Shown piece by piece: positions 25,185-39,252 of a stretch of 64,000 bases of DNA. Position numbers and translations under genes: made by a program. The notes below the pieces were generated by a model. The model was not told the DNA's origin, ran no database searches, and was given only the letters and a program-made list of their open reading frames with translations. Source of the stretch: Malacoraja senta (Eukaryota). The stretch's first letter is position 1. Each line of letters begins with the position of its first letter. The stretch spans positions 6,946,001 to 7,010,000 of the forward strand of contig CM075988.1 in NCBI GenBank assembly GCA_038087875.1, read 5' to 3'.

Positions 25185-27742
25185 CTGAAAACAATCAGAA
25201 AATGCAAAATTCAGTCTGAAGAAGGATCCTGACATTGTCTGTCCATGTCCTCCACAGATGTTGCCTGATCTGTTGAGTTCCTACAGCACTTTGTGTTTTT
25301 AATAAAATGCGAACGATAAGAAAGTGAAATTAGAAGTTGGATTGGATAATTCCGCTTGTCCATGCACTGCTGCCCTCTAGTTTTGACACAGTTATAAAAA
25401 AACTTGCATTGGTACCATGACTTTTATTTCTTGGGAAATCTTACAAGCTAAGAAAGCACCTGAGATGGAGTACCTGTTTTAAAATGCCAAAAGGACAGTA
25501 AGATAGTTACTGAATGTTAGTTGGGGGACAAATATTAGAGCAGAACACCAAGTAGAACTCGTGACTGATGAAGGGTCCCGACCTAGAATGTCACCTATCC
25601 TTTTTTCCAAAGATGCTACCTGACCTGCTGAGTTACGCTAGCTCTTTGTATCTAACCAAGGAAAACTCCACTATTCTACTTCAACAGTGTGTTGGTTCTT
25701 CATCTGAGAAAAAAGGTATAGCTATCATTTAACAAGTACAGCACTTTGAGCAGTGGATCATTCTATCTTTAGTGTAGGAGTGGTCAAACTGGATTTTGAG
25801 CACATTCATGAGTTGTAATTATTTTTCTCTCAAATTTTCACCATTTTGATACGTCCACCATGAGATGCCGAGAACTCCATGGTACGGGCAACCCCTACAT
25901 CACCACTGCTTGGGTGACTCGCTCTTAAGGAAATAGCAAAGCACTACCCAAAATTTGAGATGTGGTATAAAATGAGCACTTACAGAATTCACGTGAGGAA
26001 AATATTAAAAAACACAAAAGGAAATAAAACATTTGTTGTTGATTTTTATTGTTAGTCCCTCAGTGCCGAAATCTAAATTCCAGAAGAAGGCTATTTGAGG
26101 CCACCCTATCGTTTAGTAAGGTTGTGGCTAACTCCCTTTGTAAATATGAATATACACTATCTCATGAATATACACTACTTTTGAGCAACTCCTTTGGGAT
26201 TGAGAATTCCAAACATTCACAACCATTGAAGTGAAAGAATTTCTCTGCCAAATGGTCAACCTTTATTTCTCTGCATTTCAACCACTGGAAACATACTTTT
26301 ACAAAGAAACTATTCATTTTTTCATAGTAAGGACTAAAGGCCTATTCTATTCAATCTCTCCTCAACTAACACATATTCAAGGTCCAGACCTTCACTACAC
26401 TCCTTCTAAGGTAAGTTTTAACTATCTTTAATTGGATTTTATAGAACTTTATCTTACGTTATATGTTATACCTTTTTATCCTTTATCTGTGCACTGTGGA
26501 CAGCTTAATTGTAATCATGTATAGCCTTTTCTTTGACTGTATAGCATGCAAACAAAAGCTTTTCGCTGTACCTAGGGACAGGTGACAATAATAAACTAAA
26601 CTAATTTCCTTAACGAATGAAACCAAAAGTGTGTGCAATACCCTGTTTTGTCTTATCAATCTCCACATATTTTCAACAAGATATACTTATTTTTATTATG
26701 TAACCTCCTACCATTGAATGTTAACTTATCATTTACTTTTCTAATAGTTTGCTGTCCATCCATACGAATCTTATAGGTTTTTATACCTCCTGGATATAAT
26801 TACAGGGATCAACAGAGGATCTTCAGTGTAGCTTTATCTAAGGTCAGCCCACACTAAGAAGTGGTCGTAGATCCTTCCTGGTCAATATGTATAAATGTCA
26901 TGTTGTTTGAATAAAAATAGGTCATTCAACCCTTGGCATGATTTCTGCCATTTAGTCCGATCATAGCTGATATGGGCCACAATGCCATTTGAAGAAGGGT
27001 CTCGACCCGAAACATCACCCATTCCTTCCCTCCAGCGATGCTGCCGATCCCAATTAGTTACTCCAGCTTTTTGTGTCTATCTATGCCATCTATCTACCCA
27101 GTTCTGTATATTTTGGTATTGTTATCAAACAAAAATCCATTCATTTCAAACTTGAATATTTCAGTTAAATCCCAACATACAAAGAAAATTCTGGCGTTCC
27201 ATTGCCCTTATGGTAAAAAGTGTTTCCTGATTTTATTTGTAAATGACCTGCTTCTGATATCAAGATGTGTCACCTTGTTTTGGATACCTCCACAAATGGA
27301 AACAACATTTTTACTTTCATTCACATTTTAAAAACTTTCCGCCATTTTAAACACTTCTATCAAACTGTATGGTGGCTCAGTGGTAGAATTTCAGCCTCAC
27401 AGTGCTAGAATCCCGGGTTAGATCCTGACCATGGGTGCTATCTGTACGTTCATGTCCTCCCTATGAATGTGTGAGTTTTCTCTGGGTGCTTCGGTTTCCT
27501 CCCACACTCCAAAGACATACAGGTTTGTAAGTTAGTTGAGTTGAGTTGAGTTACTCCAGCACTTTGTGTCTATCTCAGGTTTGTAGGTTAATTGGCTTCG
27601 ATAAAATTGTAAATTGGCCCCAGTGTGCGCAGGATAATGTTAATGTGCAAAGATCACTGGTCAGGGCGGACTTGGTGGGTCAAAGGGCCTGTTTCCACGA
27701 TGTATCTCTAAACTAAATTACACTAAACTAAAAATAACTTAA

Positions 27743-28070
27743 ATGTTCCCAATGTTGCGGGAGTCCAGAACCAGGGGCCACAGTTTAAGAATAAGGAGTA
27801 TGCCGTTTAGGACTGAGATGAGGAAAAACCTCTTCACCCAGAGAGTTGTGATTCTGTGGAATTATCTGCCACAGAAGGCAGTGGTGGCCAATTCACTGGA
27901 TGTTTTCAAGAGAGAGTTAGATTTAGCTCTTAGGGCTAAAAGAATCAAGGGATATGGGGCAAAAGCAGGAATGGGGTACTGATTTTAGATGATCAGCCAT
28001 GATCATATTGAATGGTGGTGTTGGCTCGAATGGCCTACTTCTGCACCTATTTTTTTCTATGTTTTTGTTT
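27743..28070 (+). mobile_element. CR1 3' fragment
   Basis: MFPMLRESRTRGHSL...FTQRVVILWNYLP. Confidence 0.88.
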
Positions 28071-31000
28071 CTAAGGTCAATATTTATCTGTAGTTGCAGA
28101 ACATGCAATGACACAATACTTCAGAAGGGGTGCTTGTAATAATGAAAGCTCCAATATCAGTTTGTTTCTCGCACTGTCTAGTTGTTGATAACTTTTCTCT
28201 CGTCTCTCTAAACTTAACTATTGAATTCTATGATTCATATCAACTGCTTTCATCTATATCAACCAAAACATATTAAATATAGGTACACAAACATGCCTTT
28301 TGTCTTTCACAGCCTTCCCAATGATTTGGAATATGTTCAATTTGATATTTTACACTTTGAATATTAAAAGTTAATATAAATAGAAGGCAAAAGATGATTT
28401 TAGCTAATCATCTCCAAAATGCTGTACATAGATTAAATATTCCTTTGATTGAAAGGAATGCTAAAGGTCAGGATTCTTCTTATGGTGCTGTTGATTTCCA
28501 TATATTATTTTTTACTTGAGGTCCACGTTTAATAATATTCACTGCCCTAATCTTGACCTACATTTCAAAGTAATTTTGTGCTATATCCCCAAGCAAACTA
28601 GAACATATGATAACATTTGCCTCTGTCAGACTAAATTGCTTAGCAGAATGACCTCTAATGATTCATAGCATCAAAGACACAGGACATTGTACACAGGACT
28701 ATCATCAATATAGCACCAGGAAATCAGTCCACAAAGGGATTAATGTGCATCTTTTGAAACATGCAGCTGGCTGGAAGCAAACAAGCCAATGAACTCAGTA
28801 TCAGTCTTTTAGTACTTTTTTGTTTCCCTTTGTGATAATGTATGCAACATACAGTTTGTTACTGAGACTTTCTTCCGTCAGAATCAGACAGAGAAAATCG
28901 CTGCTAAACTGAAAGCACAATATTAAGATTATGTTTTTCCTTTGAAGACGGGACCAGCCATGCAGATTGGGCTGCCCTGAACCACAATTTACAGCAGCAT
29001 TTTCATGCTCAGCTCAAGCGAGAACAAATGACCACATCCATTAGCCATGAATTCCTTCATGTTCAAACACCCTTTTCATACACCATAATCATTCTGAAGA
29101 ACGGTCCCGATCTGAGTCATCTATCTATTCTCTCCACACCTGACCTGATCCACTGAGTTAGTCCAGCATTATGTGTTTTACTCACGATTCTAATATCTGC
29201 AGATCCTAGTGTCACCATAATCATTTTGCCTGTTAGCCAAAGTGTGTGTGATATATACCTTTTCTAAAGGATTTAGATGCTTACAAACTTTACTCCTGCA
29301 GTTCAGCTAATATTATATCTGTGGTAAAAACAACAGAAACATAACAACATAAATTTATGTATTTACAACAGATATAATAACAACTGCAAGAGTGAAGTTT
29401 GTAAGAATACTCTTTACCTGTGGGTACAAAGCAATGCAGAATGTGAGAGCTGAAACAAAGATTGTTGCTTTATTTGCTCAAACAGATGTGTCAAAGTGGC
29501 ACAGTTAAATGTCCCATAGTAGCAGTGAGGCATTTACTTTTTGATTTAAAATGTCACATTTATTGATCCTTAATTGTATTAAAACTAAACTCACTCTTAT
29601 GATTTTAAAGTTTGCAATCCCTCTTCCAAACCATCTTTCATTAATCTGGTATACAATTCATTTGAATAGTGATCTGGTTCAGCAGAAAACCTCCCATTAT
29701 AAAGTCAAAGAATATAAAATTCAGCACGATCGGACAGTCACAGACATCATTAGCTCAGGCGATCTTCCGTCCACAGGGGTGATCGCTAGTTGGTGTGGGC
29801 TCGGTGGGCCGAAGGATGTGTTTACGCGCTGTATCTCTAAAGTCTATCTCTAAAGTTGCAGCTATCAACCATATAACCTTCCGCCACCACACTGCCTGTT
29901 TCTGCCAACTGCCCAAAATCCACAAGCAGCGCTGTATTGACAGATCAATTTTTTCAGCCTGTTCTCTTCTCACTGATCAACATTTTTAACATGATTCCAC
30001 CTTTGCCCCCTTGGTCCAATCTCTGCACACTTACATCCATAATATCCCTGATGGTTTATATTGGCTACTGAGGCACGAGAGACGAGGAGAGGGCTGGATA
30101 ATGTTTTTAAAAGTAGGAAAATATTGAAGAAGTGAGTTTTAATGGGGAGTTTGCAGAGTGTGATCTGTGCAATATGGTCCAAGAGTGAGTGCACTCTTAT
30201 CCAAATATATACACTCATGTCATATGTGGTGTCCACAAGTCCACAAGTTGTCAGAGGTTATGTGGAGAAGGCAGGAGAATGGGGTTGGGAGGGAGAGATA
30301 GATCAGCCATGATTGAATGGCAGAGTAGACTTGATGGGCCGAATGGCCTAATTCTAGTCACGGTGGCACAGCGATAGAGTTGCTGCCTTACAGCAAAATG
30401 CAGCGCAAGAGACCCGGGTTCGATCCCGACTACGGGTGCTGTCTGTATGGAGTTTGTACGTTCTCCCCGTGAGTTTTTGTACGTTCTCCCTGTGTGGGTT
30501 TTCTCCGAGAACATCGGTTTCCTCCCACATTCCAAAGACGTACAGGCTTGATAAAAAATGTAAAATTGTCCAAGTTGGCGATATGCAGAGTACTGCCCTG
30601 CCGACTACAAAATTCAGAAGGTTCATTCCTTATTACCGTATGACCTTATCACTTGGTGTTTTTATTTATTACAATAATTTGGCTTGGACTGATTAGGTCA
30701 ATACAGCAGATTCCATTGAATGTATCACGTAAGACATAGAAAGTGAAAATATATATTCCATCCCAGTAAAAGCAGGAGTTTGTGAGCTTCTGATTGCTAA
30801 GTAACTGTGGACAAAGGTATCATTTCCGTGTTTCCTTTCCTTGGGCTCATTTCCTATCCTTGGCTGCAATTAAAGAGTAGCTTTGTGAAAAGCGGTGTTT
30901 TTGTATAGTGTTGGAAGCAGTTCAGTGAGCATGGAAATTGTCAGGACAACATCTCCCAGGGTCGAAATGTTCCACAAGCTAACTGTGGGTCTTTTACAAT

Positions 31001-31769
31001 TCTGTGTCATTAATTGTCTGAAAATTGCAAGGTGGGTCAAGAGCTTAACAGTTATATTGTGCAGTCAAAACCTATTAGCAGTTCACTCTGGTAAAATTTC
31101 AATAATTCACAGTCCAGCTTTTCAGAAATCCTAATGGTTTGGTCAGGTAACATTTGCTGCACATCCTTTCAACTTGCTTAAGTGGAAGGAAGTGCAGGAA
31201 CTGGGGCCCCTGTCACGGCATTCCCTTTACAACTCACTGGGTCTCCAGTTCCAATGCTCCCTTTCCACTCTCTGAAACCTTGTTTCTTGCATTCCCTTTC
31301 CACACACTGAGGCCCCAAATCCTGCACTCCCTTTAAATTTACTAGTTTACTGGAAAATTAATCATAATCCCATATAACATCTAGAAAAAGATAATCTAAA
31401 ACTGCTGATATAAAATAAAAATAGCGTCTTGAAAATCTGTGAGTCCAGATACCACCAAAATCCCAAGAGTGCCGGAAATTGGAGCTTTAACATACAAAGC
31501 AGTCTCTTTATCCTGTGTCATATCCCCAACATATTCACAGCTTAAATAGTAATAATGGAACAAATAATGAAACCATACCACTTTGAACATAAATACAACC
31601 AATAAAACTCATTAACTGCTTTACTGAAGCTTTGCAATGATACTACACCGTTCCAATATGTTAATTTTATTTTATTTTCTTGAATTTATTTGAATGGTAA
31701 CATTATTTTTGACTACATCAATTGTTTTCAGTCAACAGACAAATATACCCAAACAATATGATGCATGCC

Positions 31770-32295
31770 CTATAGGACTTTGGTTAGGCCTAATTTGTGC
31801 AGTTCTGATTGCCCCATTACAAGAAAGATGTGGTGGCTTTGGAGAGGGTGCAGAGGAGGTTTACCAGAATGCTGCCTGCATTGGAGGGTTTCATCTACAG
31901 GGGGGGATTGGATGGACTTGGATCATTTTCTCTGGAACATAGGAGGTTGAGGGGAGACTAGATAGAAGTATGTAACATTATGAGAGGCATAGATAGGGTA
32001 GACAGTCAGAACATTTTTCCCAGGGTGGAAATGTCTAACAGAAGAAGGCATAGCTATGGTGAGCTGAGGGAAGTTTAATGGAGATGCGCAGGGCAAGATT
32101 TTTTATGCAGAGAACTCATTGCCAGGTGTGGTGGTGGAAATAGATATGATAGTGGCATTTAAGAAGCTTTTAGATAGACACAGAAATACAGGAAACAGAG
32201 GGATATGGATCATGTACAGGCACATGGGGTCAGTTTAACTTGGCAACATGTTCAGCACAAACATTCCGGGCCGAAGGGCCCATTCCTATATGTTC
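31770..32295 (+). mobile_element. Degenerate CR1 3' fragment
   Basis: GGAGAGGGTGCAGAGGAGGTTTACCAGAATGCTGCC and tail GGGCCGAAGGGCC. Similar fragments at 38445-38758 (+), 48680-49050 (-) and 51210-51655 (-). Confidence 0.8.
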
Positions 32296-32444
32296 TATAA
32301 TAGTAAGTTCATCAAATATATCCTTGGAAATATCTTGGATTGCTGTACAAAATGGGCTTGATGTTGCTAAAGAAGCAGTGCCACACTGCTGAGCTAATCT
32401 GAATAGAAGGCCCATCTATTTGAACAGGTGGGTAGTATTTTTTA

Positions 32445-34576
32445 GTTTAGTTTAGTTTAGGGATATGGTGCGGAAACAGGTCCTTTGGCCCACACGAGCG
32501 ATCCCCGCACATTAACACAAGCCTACACACTCTAAGGCCAATTTACACTTATGCCAAGTATACAAACCCAAGCCAATTAACCTACAAACCTGTACGTCTT
32601 TGGAGTATGGGAGGAAACTGAAGATTTCGGAGATAATTCACGCGATCACGAGGAGCATGTACAAATTCCAAACAGACAGCACCCGTAGGATGCTCATTAT
32701 CACCACAGTTGTTTGCTCTTATTATTGAACCGTTAGCAGAAAAAATTAGAATACATCCTGATATCCATGGGTATAATACTAAAGATTCAAATAATAAAAT
32801 ATCTTTATACGCGGATGATATATTACTGTACATTACAAAACCTCAAATCACTATACCAAATATATTAAATTTAATTGAAGACTTTGGATCTTTTTCTGGA
32901 TACAGAATAAATTGGAATAAAAGTGAAATTATGTCAATAAAACTGAAAGACTCAACACATCTTTTAAAATTCCCTTTTAAAATAGCTACAGAAAAATTTA
33001 AATACTTGGGAATCGAAATTACTAGAACATATCAAGGTATGTTTAAAGCAAATTTTGATCCTCTACTTAATAAATTAAACACACTAATTAAATTTTGGAA
33101 AACGCTCCCGATGTCTTTAATAGGCCGAATAAATGCAATAAAAATGATCTTTCTACCACAAATTTTATACCTATTTCAATCGATTCCTATATACCTACCA
33201 AAGAAGTTTAAAAAAAAATTGGACTCAGATATCACTAATTTTATATGGGACTATAAATCACATAGAATACAAAAAACTCACTTGAACAAACCTAAAGTAT
33301 TAGGGGGCTTAGCACTACCTAATTTCATGTATTATTATTGGTCAGTAAATATTAAAAATATGATTCAACTGATGGATAACTCTGCCCAGCAAGCGGACTG
33401 GATTGTAATGGAGAGAGAGGATTGCTCCTCTGGAAACATTGGAGCGATCCTTCTCTCACCAATGAAACTGAATAACATAAATTATAATAAGAACCCAATT
33501 ATACATAGCACAATCAGAATTTGGAAACAAATAAAACAAAATTTAAAATTAAGAAATGTATCACTTTTATCTCCCATAGTAAATAATCCTTCTTTTAATC
33601 CCTCTATTATAGATAAATCTTTCACACATTGGGATAGACTAGGAATTAAAACGTTCGGTGACCTGTATGAAACTGGAAAATTACTTTCATTTCAACAATT
33701 ACAAATAAAATATAAACTCGGAAATAATCAATATTTTAAATATTTTCAAATATGCGACTATTTGAAAAAATATACAAAATATCATTATAATAGCCCAGCA
33801 GATGTATTGGATGATGCAATGCAGATAAAAGCTGAATCAGCAAACTTAATATCATATTTGTATAATATTATCTTAAATGTAGAAATACCATCTACGGAGG
33901 GTATCAGAAGAGACTGGGAACAAGAATTACCTATTAAAATTTCAAAGGAAAGGTGGAATGAACACTTATTAAACGTGCATAAATGTTCGATTAAGGTAAG
34001 ACACACTTTAATACAATTTAAAAATTTACATAGATTATATTATTCCAAAACTAAAATCCATAAAATTTTCCCAAATGTATCATCCATTTGTGATAAATGT
34101 CAATCTCAAGAAGCTCATTTGTTTTCTGAACAAAAATTCAAAAATGTTGGATTGAAATTTTTGAACTCTTTACAAAATTATTTAAAATAAAACTGATACC
34201 CAAAGCAGAATGGATTATCTTCGGAATAACGGAAGATGGTCCAGAACTAAATGTGTTCCAAAAGAAACTAATAGACTATGGGTTAATAACTGGAAAAAAG
34301 CTAATCCTAAAATTTTGGAAAAAGGCTCCAATACCAACTATAAACGTGTGGATTTCAAATATGTTCGAAACATTACACCTAGAAGAGATAAGACTCCTCC
34401 TGGCAGATAAACCAGATCACTTCCACCTGACGTGGTCTGCATTTATAGATTTATTACAAATATAGGGTGCAAAAGTACCTTAAAAAAAAAAGACAGTACC
34501 CGTAGTCAGGATTTAACCCGGGTCTCCGGCACTACAAGTGTTATAAGGCAGCAACTCTACCGCTGCGCCACCATGC
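32445..34576 (-). mobile_element. V-SINE split by the L1 insertion (32445-32688 and 34491-34576)
   Basis: SINE tail/body lies left of the L1 and the SINE head (GGCAGCAACTCTACCGCTGCGCCACC) lies right of it. Confidence 0.88.
32689..34490 (+). mobile_element. 5'-truncated L1/Tx1-clade LINE ORF2 fragment with poly(A) and 15-bp TSD
   Basis: LFALIIEPLA, ISLYADD, SGYRINWNKS, FKYLGI, GGLALPN, CDKC; frameshift near 34110; TSD AGACAG(C/T)ACCCGTAG at 32674-32688 and 34491-34505. Confidence 0.92.
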
Positions 34577-35993
34577 CTCTACCACACCGTTATTTCCTTT
34601 AACCTGTAACTGTACACTGTGGGCGGCTTGATTGTAATCATGTATAGTCTTTCTGCGGACTGGATAGCATGCAACACAAAAGCTTTTCATTGTCGTATGA
34701 AAACAAAATGGGTACACTAATAGAGCTCAGTGATTGTGGAACAATAAGAAATTAGGCTGATGTTTAATTGGACAAAAGTCAAACTGCTGGAGGAAACAGG
34801 ACATACGGCAGCTGTGGAGGCAGAGGGGTGGTCGATGTTTTGGGTTGGGCCCTTGCATCAACATTGATAACCAATGCCTCCACAGATGCTGCTCGACCTG
34901 CTGAGTTCCTCCAGCAGTTTGCTTTTATTTTTCTGCTCCTGCTGACAATATCTGCAGTCTCATGAAAGGAATCATCTGAAATAAAACAAATCCACTATGC
35001 TTCAAAACGTACATTTCATCAAATGTACCAATGTTATCAAAAAACGTAGGAAAAAAGTGGGTATTTTCTATGGTGCTTTTCTAATTTAGGGATTGCCAAC
35101 CTGATGAGAGATTTTGAAATAATTTCTCTACAAATTCAATTTAGGGCATGTCTGTTAATGGCTTTAAATGGGTTCCATATGTTATCTATAACTCCTCCCT
35201 AGTTAATAGAGAAGCATGATTAGGTTTACATGTTACAATATAATCATTATCCCAATGGTAACTGTATTTGTACGAACAAGATAAACTATCTCTTTCAATA
35301 TCTTAGTCATCACAAAGAAATTTACAGGACTTTATCCTGCGCTAAACGTTATTCCCTTTAACCTGTATCTGTACGGCTTGATTGTAATCATGTATAGTCA
35401 TTCTGCGGACTAGATAGCACGCAACAAAAAAGCTATTCATTGTACCCCGATACACATGACAATAAACCTAACTAAACTAAACTTACCCTGAGAAGAACAC
35501 AATGTCAATTGGTTATTTAATCACAATGGGGCTATCAGATATAAAATAAATTGGCAAAATTGAAATCATGAAAAAAGAGAATATAAATTTATGCGTTGCC
35601 TTCCAGGAGTTGAACACACCAATTAAATCTTTTTTAAGAAGTTTCACTATCATAAAAGACACCCAGCACTCAATGCATACACAATAATGTACTACATGCA
35701 GCAATAAGAACATGACCAGATTTCTTTTCAGTGATGCTAAAGTATGAATAATGGGCATGAGACCATTCTGGGGCTCTTCCTCACCAAGTGCTCTGAAATA
35801 TTTTTTGTTCATCTGAGAGAGCAGAACAAAACTTGGTTAATCTTCGTATCTAAAAGGCAGCAAAATGCTGTCGTGCACTGAAGAGATGTCTAAAAGGTAC
35901 ATGTCAAGACCCAGGATAGAACTTTCATCCACAAAATCTGGCTCAGAAATAAAGATGCTTCCAAAGGAGCCAAGGTTAACATAATCTCATTAA

Positions 35994-37321
35994 TCTATAT
36001 TACTAAAAGTCTGATCTTGACCACTTCCTGTTGTTCTGTATATTGATTTTAGAAAAAACGCTGCCAATTACGGCTGTGATTTTTGGCCATCTTACGCAAA
36101 GTCCCCCTCCACTGCGCAGGACAAGAGGATTTTTCCCATCAATAAAAAATAAAAGAGTTATTAGTCTTTTAAAAATGTTCAGATTCTCTCTCCTGAAGGC
36201 CACGCCCCTTCCGGAGGGACTATAAAACCTGGAAGTGTTGAGTGCCTCAGTTAGTCTCTGCAAGATGGGGGAGCGAGAGGGTCACATCTCTCAGTCTGAG
36301 CTGTGAATAACACTGAACACATGTCTACTAAACTGTGAGTGGTTTTACTGACCTGTCAGTGCCCTTAATGTGGTTTGAAAATATAGTTTGGAAATGCTAA
36401 AGCTGTGTTGCCTTTGGTTTGGAAATGCTAAAGCTGTGTTGCCTTTGGTTTGGAAATGCTAAAGCTGTGTTGCCTTTGGTTTGGAAATGCTAAAGCTGTG
36501 TTGCCTTTGGTTTGGAAATGCTAAACCTGTGTTGCCTTTGGTTTGGAAATGCTAAAGCTGTGTTGCCTAATTAAAGTTGCGCTGCCTAATTAAAGTTGCC
36601 TTGCCTAATTAAAGTTGCCTTGCCTTCTATATAATTAAAGTCTAATCTTGACCACTTCCTGTTTGTGCTTGATATTGATTTTAGAAAAAACGCTACCACG
36701 TACGGCTGTGATTTTTGGCCATCTTACTCGGAGTCCCCCTCCACTCGTCAGATGCCGAGGATTTTTCCCATCGATGAAAAATAAAAGAGTTATTAGTGTT
36801 TATAAAATGTTGAGATTCTCTCTCCTGTCAATCACTCCATGAAGGCCACGCCCCTTCTGGTAGGAGGGGGGAGAGGGACTATAAAACCCAGAAGTGTGGG
36901 CATGGCTCAATCTCTGCAAGATGGAGGAGGGAGAGGTCACGACTCACTGCCTTTAGTGGCCTTGCACCCTGCTTGAAGTGGTAAGAAACTGCACGTGAAT
37001 TTGGTGGCCTTGCACCCTGCTTGAAATGGAATTTCAAGGAATAGCCGTGAGTCAACTGCCAGCGCACCAGCCATGAGTGAGTGAGCTGCCAGCACAACAG
37101 GCAAGGGTGACTGAGCCGCCAGCCCAAGAATGCATTCGGCCCACAATGTCCATACTAGCCCTCTGGAAACCAGTCCCTTCAGCCCACAACACCCATACTA
37201 GCGCTCCAGAAAGCCCCCCCACTGGCCACCAATATTGGAATTGGTGGAAAGGTGGAATATTGCGTTGGGAGACCAGCCCTCCCGTGTGAACATGGGACCC
37301 AACGGGTCCCACTTAGTCTAG
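35994..37321 (+). mobile_element. Compound non-autonomous Helitron
   Basis: A|TCTATATTACTAAAAG 5' end; 3' hairpin TGGGACCCAACGGGTCCCA (37293-37311) then CTAG|T; inserted at A|T with no TSD; second internal 5' end at 36626. Confidence 0.87.
36386..36624. repeat. Minisatellites inside the Helitron: 31-bp unit x~6, then 19-bp unit x3
   Basis: (TTTGGAAATGCTAAAGCTGTGTTGCCTTTGG)n; (CCTAATTAAAGTTGCCTTG)n. Confidence 0.95.
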
Positions 37322-37365
37322 TTTTTCAATATGAAAATCTAAATGCGAGTCAATTTTCTGATTGG

Positions 37366-38430
37366 ATTTTTTTTTTGAAAATATTTTTTATTGGAGATAA
37401 GTACACAACCTATTAACATCATTACAGTCTTACATTTTTGAATTGATAATATTGTCAATTATTATTACATTGTCTCCAATACCTTTTGCCTTTTTTTTTT
37501 TTTTTAAACTAGATATAACTAAAAAGATAGATAAAGTAAAGAAAGAAAAGAGAGAGAAGAAAAGAGAGAAAAAGAAAAAAAAAGAAAGAAAAAAAACAAA
37601 AAACAAAAAACAAAAAACAAAACAAAAAAGAAAAAGATAGTTAAAGAAGAATGGAAAAATTTATTAAAATAAAAAACTTCATTCGAGATATATTCGTACA
37701 TTTCAGAGTATAGCATTTCATCCATTCTTTAGCCCGAGTGTTAGTCAGGTCCCTGTGCTGAACCATTCTGACCCTTTAAATAATCAATAAAGGGAGACCA
37801 TGTTCCAACGAATAATTCCTGTTTGTCCAACAGGGAAAATCTAATTCTTTCCACGTTTAAGGTCTCCGTCATTTCTATGATCCACATTTTGATTGTAGGG
37901 GTTATAGGGCCTTTCCAAAATTTTAGAATTAATTTTTTTCCCGTTATTATGCTATAATCAATAAAGTTTCTTTGTGTTGTTGTAAATGTTTGATTTAATT
38001 CTAATGTTCCGAGTATTATTAATTTTGGATCCGGGTCCAATTGTGTGCTGGTCACTTTAGATATTATACTAAAAATATTTACCCAGAATTTTTTTATTTT
38101 TATACAGTTTGCAAACATATGAGATAAGGTAGCTTCTAAATGTTGACATTTATCACATATAGGTGAGATATGTTGAAAGATTTTATGTAATTTTGTTTTT
38201 GAATAATGTAACCTATGTATTACTTTAAATTGTATTAAAGAATGTCTGGCATTTAATGAACATTGATGTATGTGTTGTAAACTTTCTTCCCAAGTATCTT
38301 TCGTTATTATTTGATTTAATTCTTTTTCCCATGTTTGTCTGTGTAAGTCCGTCGATGGAATGTCACTGTCTAATAACATATTATATATATAAGATATTAA
38401 TTTTTCTGTATTAGGATGTTTATTGGATGT
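37366..38430 (-). mobile_element. L1/Tx1-clade LINE 3' fragment with T-rich 3' UTR
   Basis: ORF 38379-37741 (WEKEL, LIQFKVIHRLHYS, CDKC..ATLSHMFANC) homologous to the end of the 32.7-34.5 kb element; A-tail on minus strand near 37366-37390. Confidence 0.9.
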
Positions 38431-39252
38431 TTATTGGATTATATGCTGGGTGAATGCACCCAAGTCTTTTACCAAGGATAGTGGAATCAAACACCAGAGG
38501 ATATAGGTTTAAGGTGAGAAGGACAAGATTTAATATGAACCTGAGTGGCAACTTTTTCACTCAGAGGTTGGTAGGTAATTGGAACAAGCTGCCAGAGGAG
38601 GTAGTAGAGGCAGGTATTAAAACAGCATTTAAAAGGATTGCATGGATAGGAAATGTTATAGGCCAAATTCAGACAGTAGCTTAGATGAGGCATTTTGTTT
38701 GGCATCGACGAGTTGGGCCCAAGGGCTGTTTCTGTGCTATATATCTCCATGACACTATGCTGGAAGTTGCATTTGACCTTTTATTAACTTCTTTGGATGG
38801 AAAATAAAGACGTTGTATTTACTTCTATCTTTAATTGAAACTTTCAGTCCCCCAGAGACGGCATGCATTGTAATCAATGGTACGAAGCTCTTCAACATCA
38901 AAGCCACTCAAAAGGCTTGTGATAATGTTCTCAACAGCTCGACTGTTGTTTGACGAATAATAATTCAGATGCAGTCATGTTTAGCAGAAAGACCAATCAA
39001 ATTCCTCATTAAATCTCTTGTTCGCCATAGATAAAGACTTTAAAGATGAACAATGAATGTTCTAGGCTCCAATGTGGCAAAATCATTTTATTTTCAGAAA
39101 TAAAATTGCCCGCTTCTTCTATAATCTATTTGCTCCAACGTGCTTACATAACACAGGAAAATTGGTCACCTGGTCCCTCAAGCCTGCTCTGCAATGAAAA
39201 ATGACCAAGCCTGATCCTCTCTGTGCCAGTTGCCTCAACCCCTCTCTGTGCC

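Noticed and set aside
29415..29535. Minus-strand ATG-initiated frame ending at a GT donor, considered as HEPACAM exon 1
   Set aside because: Wrong phase and not signal-peptide-like; 58351-58435 fits length, phase and sequence.
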